NCBI GenBank assembly: GCA_963575745.1
Contig: CAUYUJ010000103.1
Span: 248,001-312,000 of the forward strand
Direction: 5' to 3'
Length of the DNA stretch: 64,000 nt
From: Prorocentrum cordatum
Taxonomy: Eukaryota
Position numbers and translations under genes: made by a program. The notes beneath the pieces are model-generated. The model saw nothing but the letters and a program-made list of their open reading frames with translations. It was not told the origin of the DNA and ran no database searches. This document shows positions 10,602 through 22,168 of the stretch, piece after piece. The first letter of the stretch is position 1. Every line of letters starts with the position of its first letter.

Positions 10602-10622
10602 CTTTGAGCCCAAATGGCTACG
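10602..10622 (-). other. Relic dinoflagellate spliced leader
   Basis: The minus strand reads CGTAGCCATTTGGGCTCAAAG versus DinoSL DCCGTAGCCATTTTGGCTCAAG; it lies 17 nt upstream of, and in sense with, the transposase ATG. Confidence 0.85.
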
Positions 10623-11279
10623 CGGACGACCTTTGGACCCTGGGACCCTTGCTGTTAAGCATTCCCTTATCGTCCCATTTTGGCGTTTTGGAGGCGCTGG
10701 GTAAGGATACCTTCGGGAATCCAGGGTCTCGCGACCGATCTGCAGCTTGAAAAAAAAAAAAAAAACTCATCCCCCTCCGCCCCCGTCTTCTCATCCACCT
10801 CCCCGCACTGTACTCCGAGGCGCTATGGCCAGAGGCCCCACAACTCAGGAACGGCGCTCTCGCCCGAGGCACCCCCGCAATTCTATCAAGCTGGCGATGC
10901 GCCCGTGGGCGCGTTAGCTCGCGTGACGGCCGCGGCGGCACGGTGCGCATTGGCTCTTGGGCCTTGGGGAGGGGACGTACGAGAACGATAAAGGAAAAGA
11001 AGGCGCCTTCAAGGCTTCCTCTTTTCCTTTATCGTTCTCGTACGTCGTCGTCATCATCGCCGTTCTCATCGTCGCCGTCGTCATCGTCGCCGCCGCCCCA
11101 GCCAGACAGGCGCCCCGCCTCGGGAGGGGGCCAGGGGGCCGCCCCGCGGCGGACGCGCGCGGCCGGCGCAAAGCGCTGCGGCCCGCGAAGGGGGGGGGGG
11201 AGGAGGATGTCAATGCGCAGCACACTTGTACATCCTGCAACATTCCTCACACTGCTCTGCCGCCTACCCTACATAATCT

Positions 11280-11754
11280 GTCACTCTCCTTCGTCCCCCT
11301 CCTCTTCCTCCTCCTCCCTCCTCCTCCCTCCTACTCCTCCTCCTACTCCTCCTCCCTCCTCCTCCTCCCTCCTCCTCCTCCTCCTCTTCCTCCCTCCTCC
11401 TCGTCCTTGTCCTCGTCCTCCACCTCCTCCACCGCCTCGCCCTCCTCCACCGCCTCCCCCACCACCTCTACCTGGCCGAAACATATGAGAACACATATAA
11501 AAAGGAACCTATTCATACGAAAGACGACGACCCGACTTTTTTTTGGATGCTGGAACCTACGAAACCTCTCGATGAAGACACCCCACGCCAAGGACGCGAA
11601 GTCGCGCGAGCGGCTGCCTTCTCAGATCAGCAGGCGCATGCAAGGGAGGGGTGGGTCGTGGGCGTGGAATTCACAGCGCCGAGGCAGCTGCACGCCCGCG
11701 GCCCCCCCGCGGCGCGCGGGGGCGGGGGCGAAGGGGGGGGGGGGGGGGGGGGGG

Positions 11755-11786
<32 letters not shown>

Positions 11787-11815
11787 TGGGGGGGGGGGGG
11801 GGGGGGGGGGGGGGG
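11280..11815. repeat. Low-complexity (CCT)n tract and poly-G run
   Basis: (cct)n at ~11290-11470; G-run at ~11733-11815. Confidence 0.85.
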
Positions 11816-13064
11816 CGAGAAGATGTCCTTGCGCGCGCCAGACGGGGGCGCCCCGAGGAAAGACGTCGGGCGCAGACATTTCCTCCGGGGCAAGCGCGGG
11901 CGCTCCCGGACCGAGCGCCGGCGCGGGCGCCCCAAGGGAGCGGGCCCGGCAGCCCCCGCGCTGCCGGGCGCCGCCCAAGGCGGCGAAGGCGGCTGGGGAT
12001 GAGAAAGATGACGGCGGGAAGGGGGGGCCGGAGCACAGCGGCGCCGATGGGGGGGGGGGATCGCTCGTTGCAAGATCATCGACCTGGGATGGGATAACCA
12101 GAGGAGTCCGGGCGTTCGCGGCGGCGAGCGCGGCGGCCACAAAAAGGGAGCAAGTTTTTGTTAAGGTGGGGCATGGCTGCCAGGGGTCGCGCGGCGGGTC
12201 ATTCGGCCGTTGTCTGGATCACTGGCAATCCTCACCATGTAGAGCACGCGGGGCACAGCATGAGTCATCGGCCCCCCCCCCGCCGCTTTTGAAGCGAGGG
12301 CGCGAGGGATTGGGGGGGATGAAGAGGGCGTGCGAAGGCGGTGATGAGGGTTATGATGGCAGGCGCCCCAGCCATTCACAGTCTGGCAAGTGCGCCCCAG
12401 GATGCGTTCGCTTCGAGTGGAACTCGCGCGCCAGAGCGGCAGCGCCCTGCGCGACCCGTCACCCGTTGCGTTGCGCAGCTGGTGCTTCCAGCGCAACAGG
12501 GGCGCAGGGCAATTGGGAAAGCTCCCTACTCATGCTCGTCGCGCCCCCCGCTCGCCCCCCCCCCCCGCCAGGCCCAATTATTTCGCGCGCAGCCCCCAGC
12601 GCCTCGGAGAGTCCGCAATATAGGTAGCGGCAGTGAAATCGCCCTCCGCACATGCCACCCCCGGCAAACAGGGGTCGCCAAATCCCGCTTCGCGCGCGGG
12701 GCGCTGGCGCCCAGGCGCCGCGGGCAATCCGAGCAGGCTTCGTCGTCCAAGCGCAGGCGGTCGCGGCCCAGGCGCAGCGGCCGCGAAACAGGGGCGATGT
12801 TTCTGTCGAGGACGGGCGCCGGCGATAGGGTTCGCGCGGGGGGGGGCGTTTGTTATTCATCGGCAACCCCCGCCGTGCAACGCGCGCGCTGGGCGCGGCG
12901 GGAGTCTTCGGCCCTTGACGGCGCCCTGGAACGCGCGACATTGCGCGTTCGTTTGGTTGAGGACGTGCGGGGGGTGCGGGGGCGGTGGGGATGGGGGGGA
13001 GGTGGGGTGGGGTGGGGTGGGGTGGGGCGGGGTGGGGTGGGGTGGTGTGTGCGTGTATGTGCGC

Positions 13065-13065
<1 letters not shown>

Positions 13066-13156
<91 letters not shown>
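13066..13156. repeat. (GT)n microsatellite
   Basis: Uninterrupted GT dinucleotides. Confidence 0.97.
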
Positions 13157-13163
<7 letters not shown>

Positions 13164-13861
13164 TGCGCGTGTGTGCGCGTGTATTGGGGGGGGAATTGTG
13201 AGAAGGGTGCTCGACGTCACGGCCGGGCCCCGTCGGGCAATCGCGCCGCGGCAAACGATCGTTTCGAGTGGACGGCGCGCGTCAAGGCGGCGACCCCCCG
13301 TGCATGTGGTAAACTGCTCATTGCGCCGCGTCCCTTGTCCAATGCAAATGGTTTGCGGGGCAATGGGGAAGCGTTTGCTCGCTCGAGCCGCATGTCTTGA
13401 CCCTCGCCCCCCGCCCCCCCCTCTTCCCCCCCCTCAGAAAACAAACGAAACTTCATGCTCATGGTCGTCGTGCGTTCGCCCCGGCTCGAATCATCATGTT
13501 CGCTGCTTCCAGTGCTTCAATGGGTCCGAAGGGGGGAGGGGGGCAGAGGGGGCGGCGGGTGGGGGCGGGGGGCGGGCGGGGGGGCCAGGGGGGGCGGGCG
13601 GGTAGGCGGGGCGGGCGGGTGGAAGGGGGGGATCACCCGTGAAATCAGGGGTCGCCGACTTCTGCCTCGCGCGCGGGGCGCGGGGCTCTGGCATGCGGGC
13701 GTCGCAGAACGCCCACGTGGACATGTTCAGTCTATGTCGGCGCCCGAGGCTCTTGTGGGTCGACTTGAAGTCGCCCATGACAGGTTTGGTCGCGCGCCGG
13801 CGTCGTGCGGCGCCCCCCCCTCCCCCTTTTCAGTGCCCAGCCGCATTTGTCGAAGTTTCGA

Positions 13862-15032
13862 TTGCGGGCTGGGCCGCGGGCTCTTCGGTGGCATCTCGGC
13901 GGCTGCTGCGCTGCGGACCCTGCGCGAGATGCTCGCTGCCCTCGGTGTCCAGGGGGCGAGCCTGTTTCGGTTGCATGACCTCCGCAGGGGCCACGCCAAG
14001 GACCTGCAGGAGGCTGGCGCGACGCTGGCCGAGATTCTCGCGGCCGGGGAGTGGCGGTCCTGCGCTTTCGTGGCGTATCTCGACCGTGACGATCTGGAAA
14101 GGGACGCGGTCGTGGAGGCGGGGCCACGCGCCCTCCGCCCGCGCCGCGGCGCGCTGCTCGCGCCAGGCGCACATGCTGGAGTCGGATTCGGACGAGGGTG
14201 CCTGCTAGGCGCCGGCGGCCAGCGCCGCCACGTTTCGCTTCTCTGCGTGGGCGGGTGCGCGCGACGGCGCCCGTGCTCTGCTCCCGCGCGTTCGGCAGCG
14301 GGTGGGCGCGCGTTGCTGGCCCGTGTCGCCTGCGCGCCGTGTGGCATTGGGTCTGCACGCAGGCGTGGCGCGAGGCCGCCCAAGCGGCGGTGCGTCGGGC
14401 CTGGGCCCGTCGCAGCCGCCCGCGGGGGGCAGCCACGCGCCGCGCCGCCCCCACCGACGGCGGCAGCAGGCGGGGTCGAGGCCCTGCACGCGCGGCTCGA
14501 TTTGTGGTAGGCCCACGGCGGCAAGTCCGCTCGCAGACGCGGACGTTCACCGTTGCGGGCGGGCACAAATCGGCCACGGTTGCGCGTAGGTCGCGCGCGC
14601 GGCAGTGCGACGCGACCGCGGCCTCGCTGCGCAGGCGCGGGCCATCGCGCCGTCGCGCGCCAGGGTTGCGCGTCGCGGGGGGGGGGGTCGCTGCCCCGCG
14701 GCGCGTGCGCTTCGCAGGTGATTTGCTAGCGCCGGGGTTGCGTCGCCGCGGGTGGGGGTCGCTGCCCCCGGCGCGTGCGCTTCGCAGACGATTTGCATTT
14801 GGAGGAGGCGCCGCGCGCGCGCCCCGCGCGCGCGCGGCGGGTGCCTCCCTGGCGCGCGTTCTTTCTCCCACCCTCCGCCCTGTCTGCTGCGCGCAGGCGT
14901 GGCGCGAGGCCGCCCAAGCGGCGGTGCGTCGGGCCTGGGCCCGTCGCAGCCGCCCGCGGGGGGCAGCCTCGCGCCGCGCCGCTCCCACCGACGGCGGCAG
15001 CAGGCGGGGTCGAGGCCCCGCGCGCGCGGCTC
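13862..15032 (+). mobile_element. 3' fragment of the YR retrotransposon (recombinase C-terminus, last intron, split repeats)
   Basis: HDLRRG...AGEWRS...AYLD; intron 14118-14166; stop at 14208; direct repeats 14353-14498 and 14887-15032. Confidence 0.88.
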
Positions 15033-17037
15033 CTGGTCTCGGGTAAGGCGCTGGCCCCAGGGCCATGTTTCGTGCGGGGGAGGGCGCAGGCCTTGGATCC
15101 CTGTGTTTTGGGTCGGGCGCTGGCCCCAGGACCCGATCGTGCGTAAGGGGGAGGGCGCATCCCGTTGATCCCTGTCTTGGGTAGGGCGCAGGCCCCAGGA
15201 CCCGATGGTGCGAAGGGGGGAGGGCGCACCCCGTAGATCCCTGTCTTGGGTAGGGCGCAGGCCCCAGGGCCCAGTGGTGCGAAAGGGGGAGGGCGCATCC
15301 CGTTGATCCCTGTGTGTCGTATATCGTCGGGAACCTCGCGCGATCGTTCAGGAACAACGTGGACGGGTCTGCAATCTTGGGCTCGGGCTCCTTGGGCACG
15401 AGCGCCATGTCGCCATGGGGGCTGGCAGCTGCCATCGCCGGGAGTAGCCTGGCGGAAGCAAGCGTTCGCAGGACAAAAGAAGGATTGGATATGAGAGAGA
15501 ATGTGGGCGACGATGGCAGGGGAGGAGAGGGGGATGAAGAAAGGGGCAGAGGACTTGGCAAAGGCAGGGGGATGGAGGGGGGAGGGTGGGAGGATAGGAT
15601 AAGCGGACAAGAAACGGCTGACAGGGAACGTCATGGGAAAGTCCACCAACAATGCCACGCATCTCAGGGAATTCCAGGGCCAGCGCTCGGAGGTCGAGGG
15701 CCCGGTCGAACAGGGCCGCGAACTGCCTCCAGGTCCTCGCCACAATGGGGGGGGGGGAATAATGGCGCGGGGAGACGGGCAAACATTTGCACTGAGAGCT
15801 CACCCCCTGCCGCGAACCACCGGCCGCTGGCTGCCGGCCCCCTGGTCCCCGCGGCCTCGGCGCCGGAGGGAGGGGGAGCGGGGGGGAGGCCCCGAGAGGC
15901 GGTGCGGACGAGGGGGGGGGGCGGGTGGGGGAGGCGGGGGGGGTGCGGGTGGAACTTGTCTGAGCGCTTCCCCCATCCTCCCTCCCCTCCCTCTCCCCAC
16001 CTTCCCCGCCCCCCGCCCCTCCCCCGGCGCCCCCCGCCCCGCCCCTCCCCGCCCCCCCCCCGCCCCTTCCCCCTTCCCGCTTCCCGCGCTCGCCGCCCCC
16101 CCCCCTGGCGCTTCGAATTTTGGTCGGCCGCCCCCCGCCCCGCCCCCACCTCTGGCGCTTCGAATTGTTCTGGCCGCCCCCCCCCGCCCCCCCTCCTTTG
16201 GCCCCTCTCCCCCTCCCCCCTCTGGGCCCCCCTCCCTCCCCCGCCCGTCCCCCGCTGTTCTGGCGCTCCGAATCCGCACCCCCCCCAGGGCCCCCATCCC
16301 CCCGGGATCGCGAGGTCGTCGAACCCCTCCGAACGGCCGCCCCGCAGCTCTCAGGGAGGGGTCGGCAGCGCTGCGCGGCGCCGCAGGGGGTCGGTCTAGA
16401 GCGGACCCAAGACTCACGAGACCTTGAAGCATCAAAGGTAGACATCAGAATAATCAAACGCGAATCGAAGCGGATATTAGAAAAATTCTGAGCGACCCGA
16501 TGTGGAGTTTAGAAAAATGCTAAGGCCACTTGGCTGTACTAAGAAACAATATATAAAGATCAAGCACCTTAGAACAATTCTAACATCCACCTCAAGTACC
16601 TTAGAAAAAAATCAAACATTCACCTCAAGACGCTTAGAATTTTCCCAATATCCTCTTCTGTGAGCTTGGTATTTTCAAGGGTCAGACTGCCGTTGCCTTT
16701 CTGATCTTACAGCGTTTGGGAGGCCCCCGTGACATGGAATTCACTGTTCGGGATGCCGTGCGCTCCCTCCCTCACTCCCTTCCCCTCCATCCACCCCGAC
16801 CTTCTCCTCCTCGACTCTTCCTCTCATATCCCTCAGCGAGCACTCTTGGGCGCAGCGCTTCCTCGTTCCATCGGCATCTTTTCCCCCCTCCCCGCCCCCC
16901 CTGTCCTCCCCCCAGCCTCCTCCCGCGCCCCTCCCTCGCAGTCGCCGCGTCGAGGCTTTCTTGCACCTGCGGCAGCGCCAACATATCCCCTGCGGCGTGC
17001 ACCAATGGTTCAACCCTGACCCCACAGGGCAATGCAT

Positions 17038-20000
17038 TCACCCGTTCAGACAAAAGGGGCAAACGAAAAGGCCCTCCTCTTCGAATGGAGACCCCATCCC
17101 AAAAGCACGTGCCACGTTCTCTGCGCACGCGCTGTGCCAGTGCACAACGCACTCGGAACAAATGCACGAATCAAAGTGCTCTACGGGCTGCGCACCACCG
17201 CCGCCGACGACCCTGACACCCATGCCCATGGTGTCTGCGCGCGCACAAAAAAAAACACGCAGGGGGCGTCGCAACTGAAGAGACAGTCGCGAGCAATCGG
17301 ACCAGAAAACATTTCGGCCGCGAAGGCCTTCCTACTTAGCAAGCGCCAATCAGGCACACGCTCACGCAAGTCCTTGGGCCGCGTGATCCTGACAGGCACG
17401 TTCCCGATGATGATGTTGCAGCGGTCCCTGTCGCACTCCCTCTTGAGATGCTCAGCCGCAAGCGGCGCGTTATACTTGAACCACAGGTGCTCGAGGCCCA
17501 CCCTTGCTATTTTTGCAGACCTGCCAACACCCTCCCAAGCAACAAAGACAACATCGCAATGAACTTGACCATCTTCTGCAAATGATCGCAATTCAACCAA
17601 CGATACCAAGCCCCGCTCTGGAGCATCTGAAATGTCAGCCCTGAAGCCGTAGTCCTCAGCGAAGTACATCGCGTCCCGAGCAGATGCGCGGCTTGCCTCG
17701 CATGCGCCCCTCACGTTGCGGAGAAGCTCAGCTCGGTGGTCGCCAGAGATGGCGTCAAAGACGTCGCTTTTATCAGGCCCTGCATGGTTATGTTGGTCAG
17801 GCTGTCGATCTCCAGCGTCGTCCTCAACGTCCGTATCCTTGCCGTCGCTGTCGAGGCCCTCGCTGGCGCCCTCGAGGTCCTCGCACTCCTCCTCCATGGC
17901 GTCCTGGGCAATCAATCGTTCAAGCTCCTCAGAAAAAAGAAAAAGCCCGTCGTCGTCCCTCAAAGAAGCAATGTCAGGCAAACCCCGCCCTCCAGGTCGG
18001 CGCTGGTGTGTGTAATTCTTTTCCCTGGTGCCATTGTATTCCCGGCATTGAACATAGCGGGCGTCACTTGGCAAGTCGTCAGCGATCACTCGATGAGGGG
18101 GCGTCCTTCAACGACGCCAACGACAACTTGTTAAACAGGACCAGATGCAATCGAAGGCCGCTGGCTTCCGCCCAGCTGGAAGAGGGTGAAAATTATTCAT
18201 GTAGGGCCACACCAAAAACAAACGTGGGGGCGGAGGAGGGGAGAGCGGGGGTGTGTGGGGGGAGGAGGGGGAGAGAAATGCATGTAGGGCCTCACCAACC
18301 AGAGCACACGCGGTACGTTTGACAATTGGAACGTGCAAGTGAACATTGCATAGCTCGTCCACGTGGCCAGTTGCGCAATACATCGTCTTGTAGCGCGAAG
18401 TCCCCGCCAAGAATACAACGCTGCGATCTAAAGCAAGTGCGCGCGTATCAGGTGCGTCTGGGCCGACAATCACATACGCATACCTGGGTCCCAAGTCAGT
18501 CACATCAAATATGCTATAAGATATCGGAAGTGCTTCTCTGGCATTGTCGGGCAGGTCACCGACGAAGTGCGTGGCGGACGTATTGCTCGATCCAATAAGA
18601 GGGACAGCATCAGGATGAGGCCGTGCGCCGGCATCGCGCTCCTTGTCTGTGAGGGGGCTGGAGCGAAACATGTTCGCATCTGCCTTTGAGAACCCGACGA
18701 CCTTCTTGCGCACTGCGACGGCCTCGTCGGGGGGAGTCCGTTCGCCAACTCTGTTCTTGAGGCGGTCCGATGCCAGTCTCACTTTAGTGCGTGGAGCCCG
18801 TTCGCACATGTTCTTCAACGTACTGTTCCAGCCTTCGATCTCCTGCGTCTCGCCATTGAATAACGCGCGCCAGCCTGAAATACATATCCATACCATTCTC
18901 GTGCACTTACCAGTGCCCTGCATGATGAAGAAATCTTCATAGAACATGGCACGTAACTTGAGGCTGAAGGAGTTGTACACGCCATCCTGCCACTCTAAGT
19001 TCTCCTTGGATGCAGTCATCAACCGATGGGCTAAGGCTTTGCGAGGAGCCGAGGCCTCCTCAGGGTCCGCCTCCAAGACGTTGAGAAAGTCGAGTGGGAA
19101 CCTCTGCGGGGGGCCGTACATCCGTCGCTCCCAATCAAGAGCGCCACGCACCACCAAGGTCACGATCAAGCGCAATGCCTTCGAGGAGGCCCGAACGCCA
19201 AACGAAATCAGACCACCGAAAACGAACCGAGCACTCAAAACCAACTGGTGTATTTTCATTGTTGTGAAGTTTCTTTTGGCGTTGCGAACCTCCTCGGCAT
19301 GTTCTGGTACATCGTCGGCTCGAATCAGACTCCAGGTGCCGACCCAGTGCGTCAGCATGGCGTCGTCGTCCAGGAGGGCGTTGAACCCGTCTAAGATAAC
19401 CTTGGCCTTGCCCGACGCGAACTTAGAAACGAAGGTTGGACCCGTGTAGGCGGTCCCTTGCTTTGGTGCTTCCGATCGGCGGTCTCGCCCAATCTTGCTC
19501 TCCTGCTGCGCCCAACGCTGGACATGAGCAAGGGGCCCCTTCGCGACGAGGTCGATCTCAGCTGTCCCCAAAAACGACTTGTCATTCAACAAGGCAACCG
19601 TGGTCTGGCGGTAGTTTCGGCGTTTCTCCTACCACTCAGCGTCCTCACCGTCCAGCTTTTTTCGTCTTCTTCTTTGTCTGCGTCTGTGTCGTCGAACTTC
19701 GGCCACGTGCGTCTGACAGCGGGTCCAAGTACATGCCGACCATTCCTCAAGTACATCTCGATGTCGTCAACGGAGCCCCACCGCGTCGCGATAACCCGAT
19801 GAATGGTGTTGCCAACAGATTATGTGGCAACCTTGGGCGGGAACTTGAGCTCGGCAGCTGCTTCTCTGACTTTCCGTGGGACGCCTGTGCCTCTCAGAGT
19901 GTTCGCGATAACCTTCAAACCAGAAAGAAACGAAGAAGATCCTCAGGGCGTATGCCATTCCCAATTGTTCGTGATATCAACCATGCTCTGCTGGATCAGC

Positions 20001-21379
20001 GCGTTCTGATGGAAGCGGCAAGAATAACTAGATATCACCACCCAACGGACGTTAGAAACAGCTGCGACGGAAGCTCGAACGAGGCCTACACAGTCAGGTC
20101 CGCTATCTAAGCAACAATGATAACTCCGAAAGCTAGGTCCATCTCGGCATGCGGCCTCCATCCACGTCGGAAGCCCCGCATTGCGAAACTGTCGCGTCAC
20201 CAAGTCTGTGGTTTCTTGTGCACCGCCCGCCCGAACTGTCTGCAAGTCCAGCACTTCCCGAAAGAATGTCAGCTTGAGGTCGCCACTGTCGAAGTTGGTG
20301 TCGCTGCTGGTGTCGCTCAACGCCTCTGGGCATGTTGCAATGTAACTGGCTTCACCTGTCCACACTTTTGCCTTGTCGACTGCCTCTTGGTTCGTGGCGT
20401 CGCCCCTGAACATGAAGAACTCGAAGCTGAACGACTTGCTCCCAATCAACGCCACCATATCCCCACTGTCCAGAGAAGCCGCCCTCGCGTAGTTGATGCA
20501 TATCTCATTCGATGTCGCGTGCAAGTGATTGACCGAGTCATATAATGTTTTGACGACCACGGTCCTGGCAATGGACAGGTTATGCTCGAAGCGGATGACC
20601 ATGTTCTTGGCGCCGTCTGTGAAGGACCCCTGCCACTCCTCCCAAGCAGCGATGGCCAACGACAGATCGTGCGCCGCGCAGCCGTGAGACCTCTTGTAAT
20701 TTTAACTCCAAAAGAATGCCCCCCATATGGCTGACCGCAAGCGCTTGCCTGGTCCTGAAGTTTCGTTTTTTCTGCAAATGAAACGTGGTGTCGTGTAGAT
20801 CCGAGATTTTTTGCGTGTGTAGCCCCAGGCGTGCTGCTCCGTCGTCGCCAGCGTCGTTCACCTGCTTTGATTCGACTGCAAGAGTGTTAGTTTCGTTGTC
20901 TCGCTCCACATCGTGCACTGCCAAAATCGTACTTTGGCATAACTCGTAAGTAGAACAGAGACGCTCGGGGCGCTGACCACACGTCGAAAATCCCGCCTTT
21001 GGATCTCCGCTGCGAGCGCCAGCGCATCCTTGACCTCGTTACCGTCGGGCGCCAGGATAACTGGGACGTCAATCGATTCTGCCAGCTTCTCAAACACTTC
21101 TACCAGCGTGGCCTCTGACACAACAGCGGCGCCCAGGAACGAGTTGACCAACAAGTGAAAGCCTTCGAACCTGATGCCGTGATTATCCGCACGCATGCCG
21201 AGGCTGGATATAGTGTCCTTTATCGTTTTGGGTTGCACGTCCAGACGCAAGGCACCCAACATATCTCTGATGGCTCGAGCGCTGAGAGCGCCTGTCGAAA
21301 CAATCGTTCTGGTGACATGCTTCCTGGTACTCAGGTGCTGAAAAATCTGAGTGGCGATCGAACTCTCAGTCCGAAGCAT
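17038..21379 (-). pseudogene. Second, more disrupted copy of the hAT-like transposase-PHD gene
   Basis: ORF pieces 20858-21379, 19943-20659, 18108-19592, 17181-18089 and 17038-17274 match copy 1. There is a short purine-rich insertion near 18185-18275. Confidence 0.72.
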
Positions 21380-21396
21380 TGTCGTGCCGAAGCAAA

Positions 21397-21417
21397 CTTT
21401 GAGCCCAAATGGCTACG
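21397..21417 (-). other. Relic dinoflagellate spliced leader (duplicate copy)
   Basis: Same motif as 10602-10622, 17 nt upstream of ATG 21379. Confidence 0.85.
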
Positions 21418-21821
21418 CGGACGACCCTTGGACCCTGGGACCCTTGCTGTTAAGCATTCCCTTATCGTCCCATCTTGGCGTTTTGGAAGCGTTGGGTAAG
21501 GATACCTTCGGGAATCCAGGGTCTCGCGACCGATCTGCAGCCTGAAAAAAAACTCATCCCCCTCCGCTCCCGTCTTCTCCTCCACCTCCCCACACTGTAC
21601 CCCGAGACGCTATGGCCAGAGGCCCCAAAACTCAGGAACGGCGCTCTCGCCCGAGGCGCCCTCACAATTCTTTCAAGCTGGCGACGTGCCCGTGCGCGCG
21701 TTAGCTCGCATGACGGCCGCGGCGGCACGGTGCGCATTGGCTCTTGGGCCTTGGGGAGGGGACGCACGAGAACACGAGAACGATAAAGGAAAAGAGGGCG
21801 CCTTCAAGGCTTCCTCTTTTC

Positions 21822-21921
21822 NNNNNNNNNNNNNNNNNNNNNNNNNNNNNNNNNNNNNNNNNNNNNNNNNNNNNNNNNNNNNNNNNNNNNNNNNNNNNNN
21901 NNNNNNNNNNNNNNNNNNNNN
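21822..21921. other. Assembly gap (100 N)
   Basis: Run of n. Confidence 1.
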
Positions 21922-22043
21922 CCCCAAACAACACCCGCACTTAGCACCGCGACCACGCGCGCGCGCCGCCGCCGCCCACCCGCGCACGCACGCGCACCAC
22001 GCACACGCACGCAAACACGCCACGCACACGCACGCAAACACGC

Positions 22044-22106
<63 letters not shown>

Positions 22107-22123
22107 GCACACACACACACACG

Positions 22124-22168
<45 letters not shown>

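Larger units (their letters stand above)
13862..21821 (+). repeat. Direct segmental duplicate of 3170-11026
   Basis: Collinear from ttgcgggctgggccgcgggctct (3170/13862) to gcttcctcttttc (11026/21821), offset about 10.7-10.8 kb, with scattered substitutions and some indel-rich patches. Confidence 0.95.

Noticed and set aside
5766..10737. Terminal inverted repeats for the hAT-like element (tcacgagaccttgaa versus tccagggtctcgcga)
   Set aside because: Only 12/15 match, no flanking TSD was seen, and similar words occur elsewhere (~5062); ends are left undefined.
20640..21000. Dense frameshifts in transposase copy 2 as biological editing (also 17930-18135)
   Set aside because: Clustered 1-2 nt indels look like unpolished long-read error.
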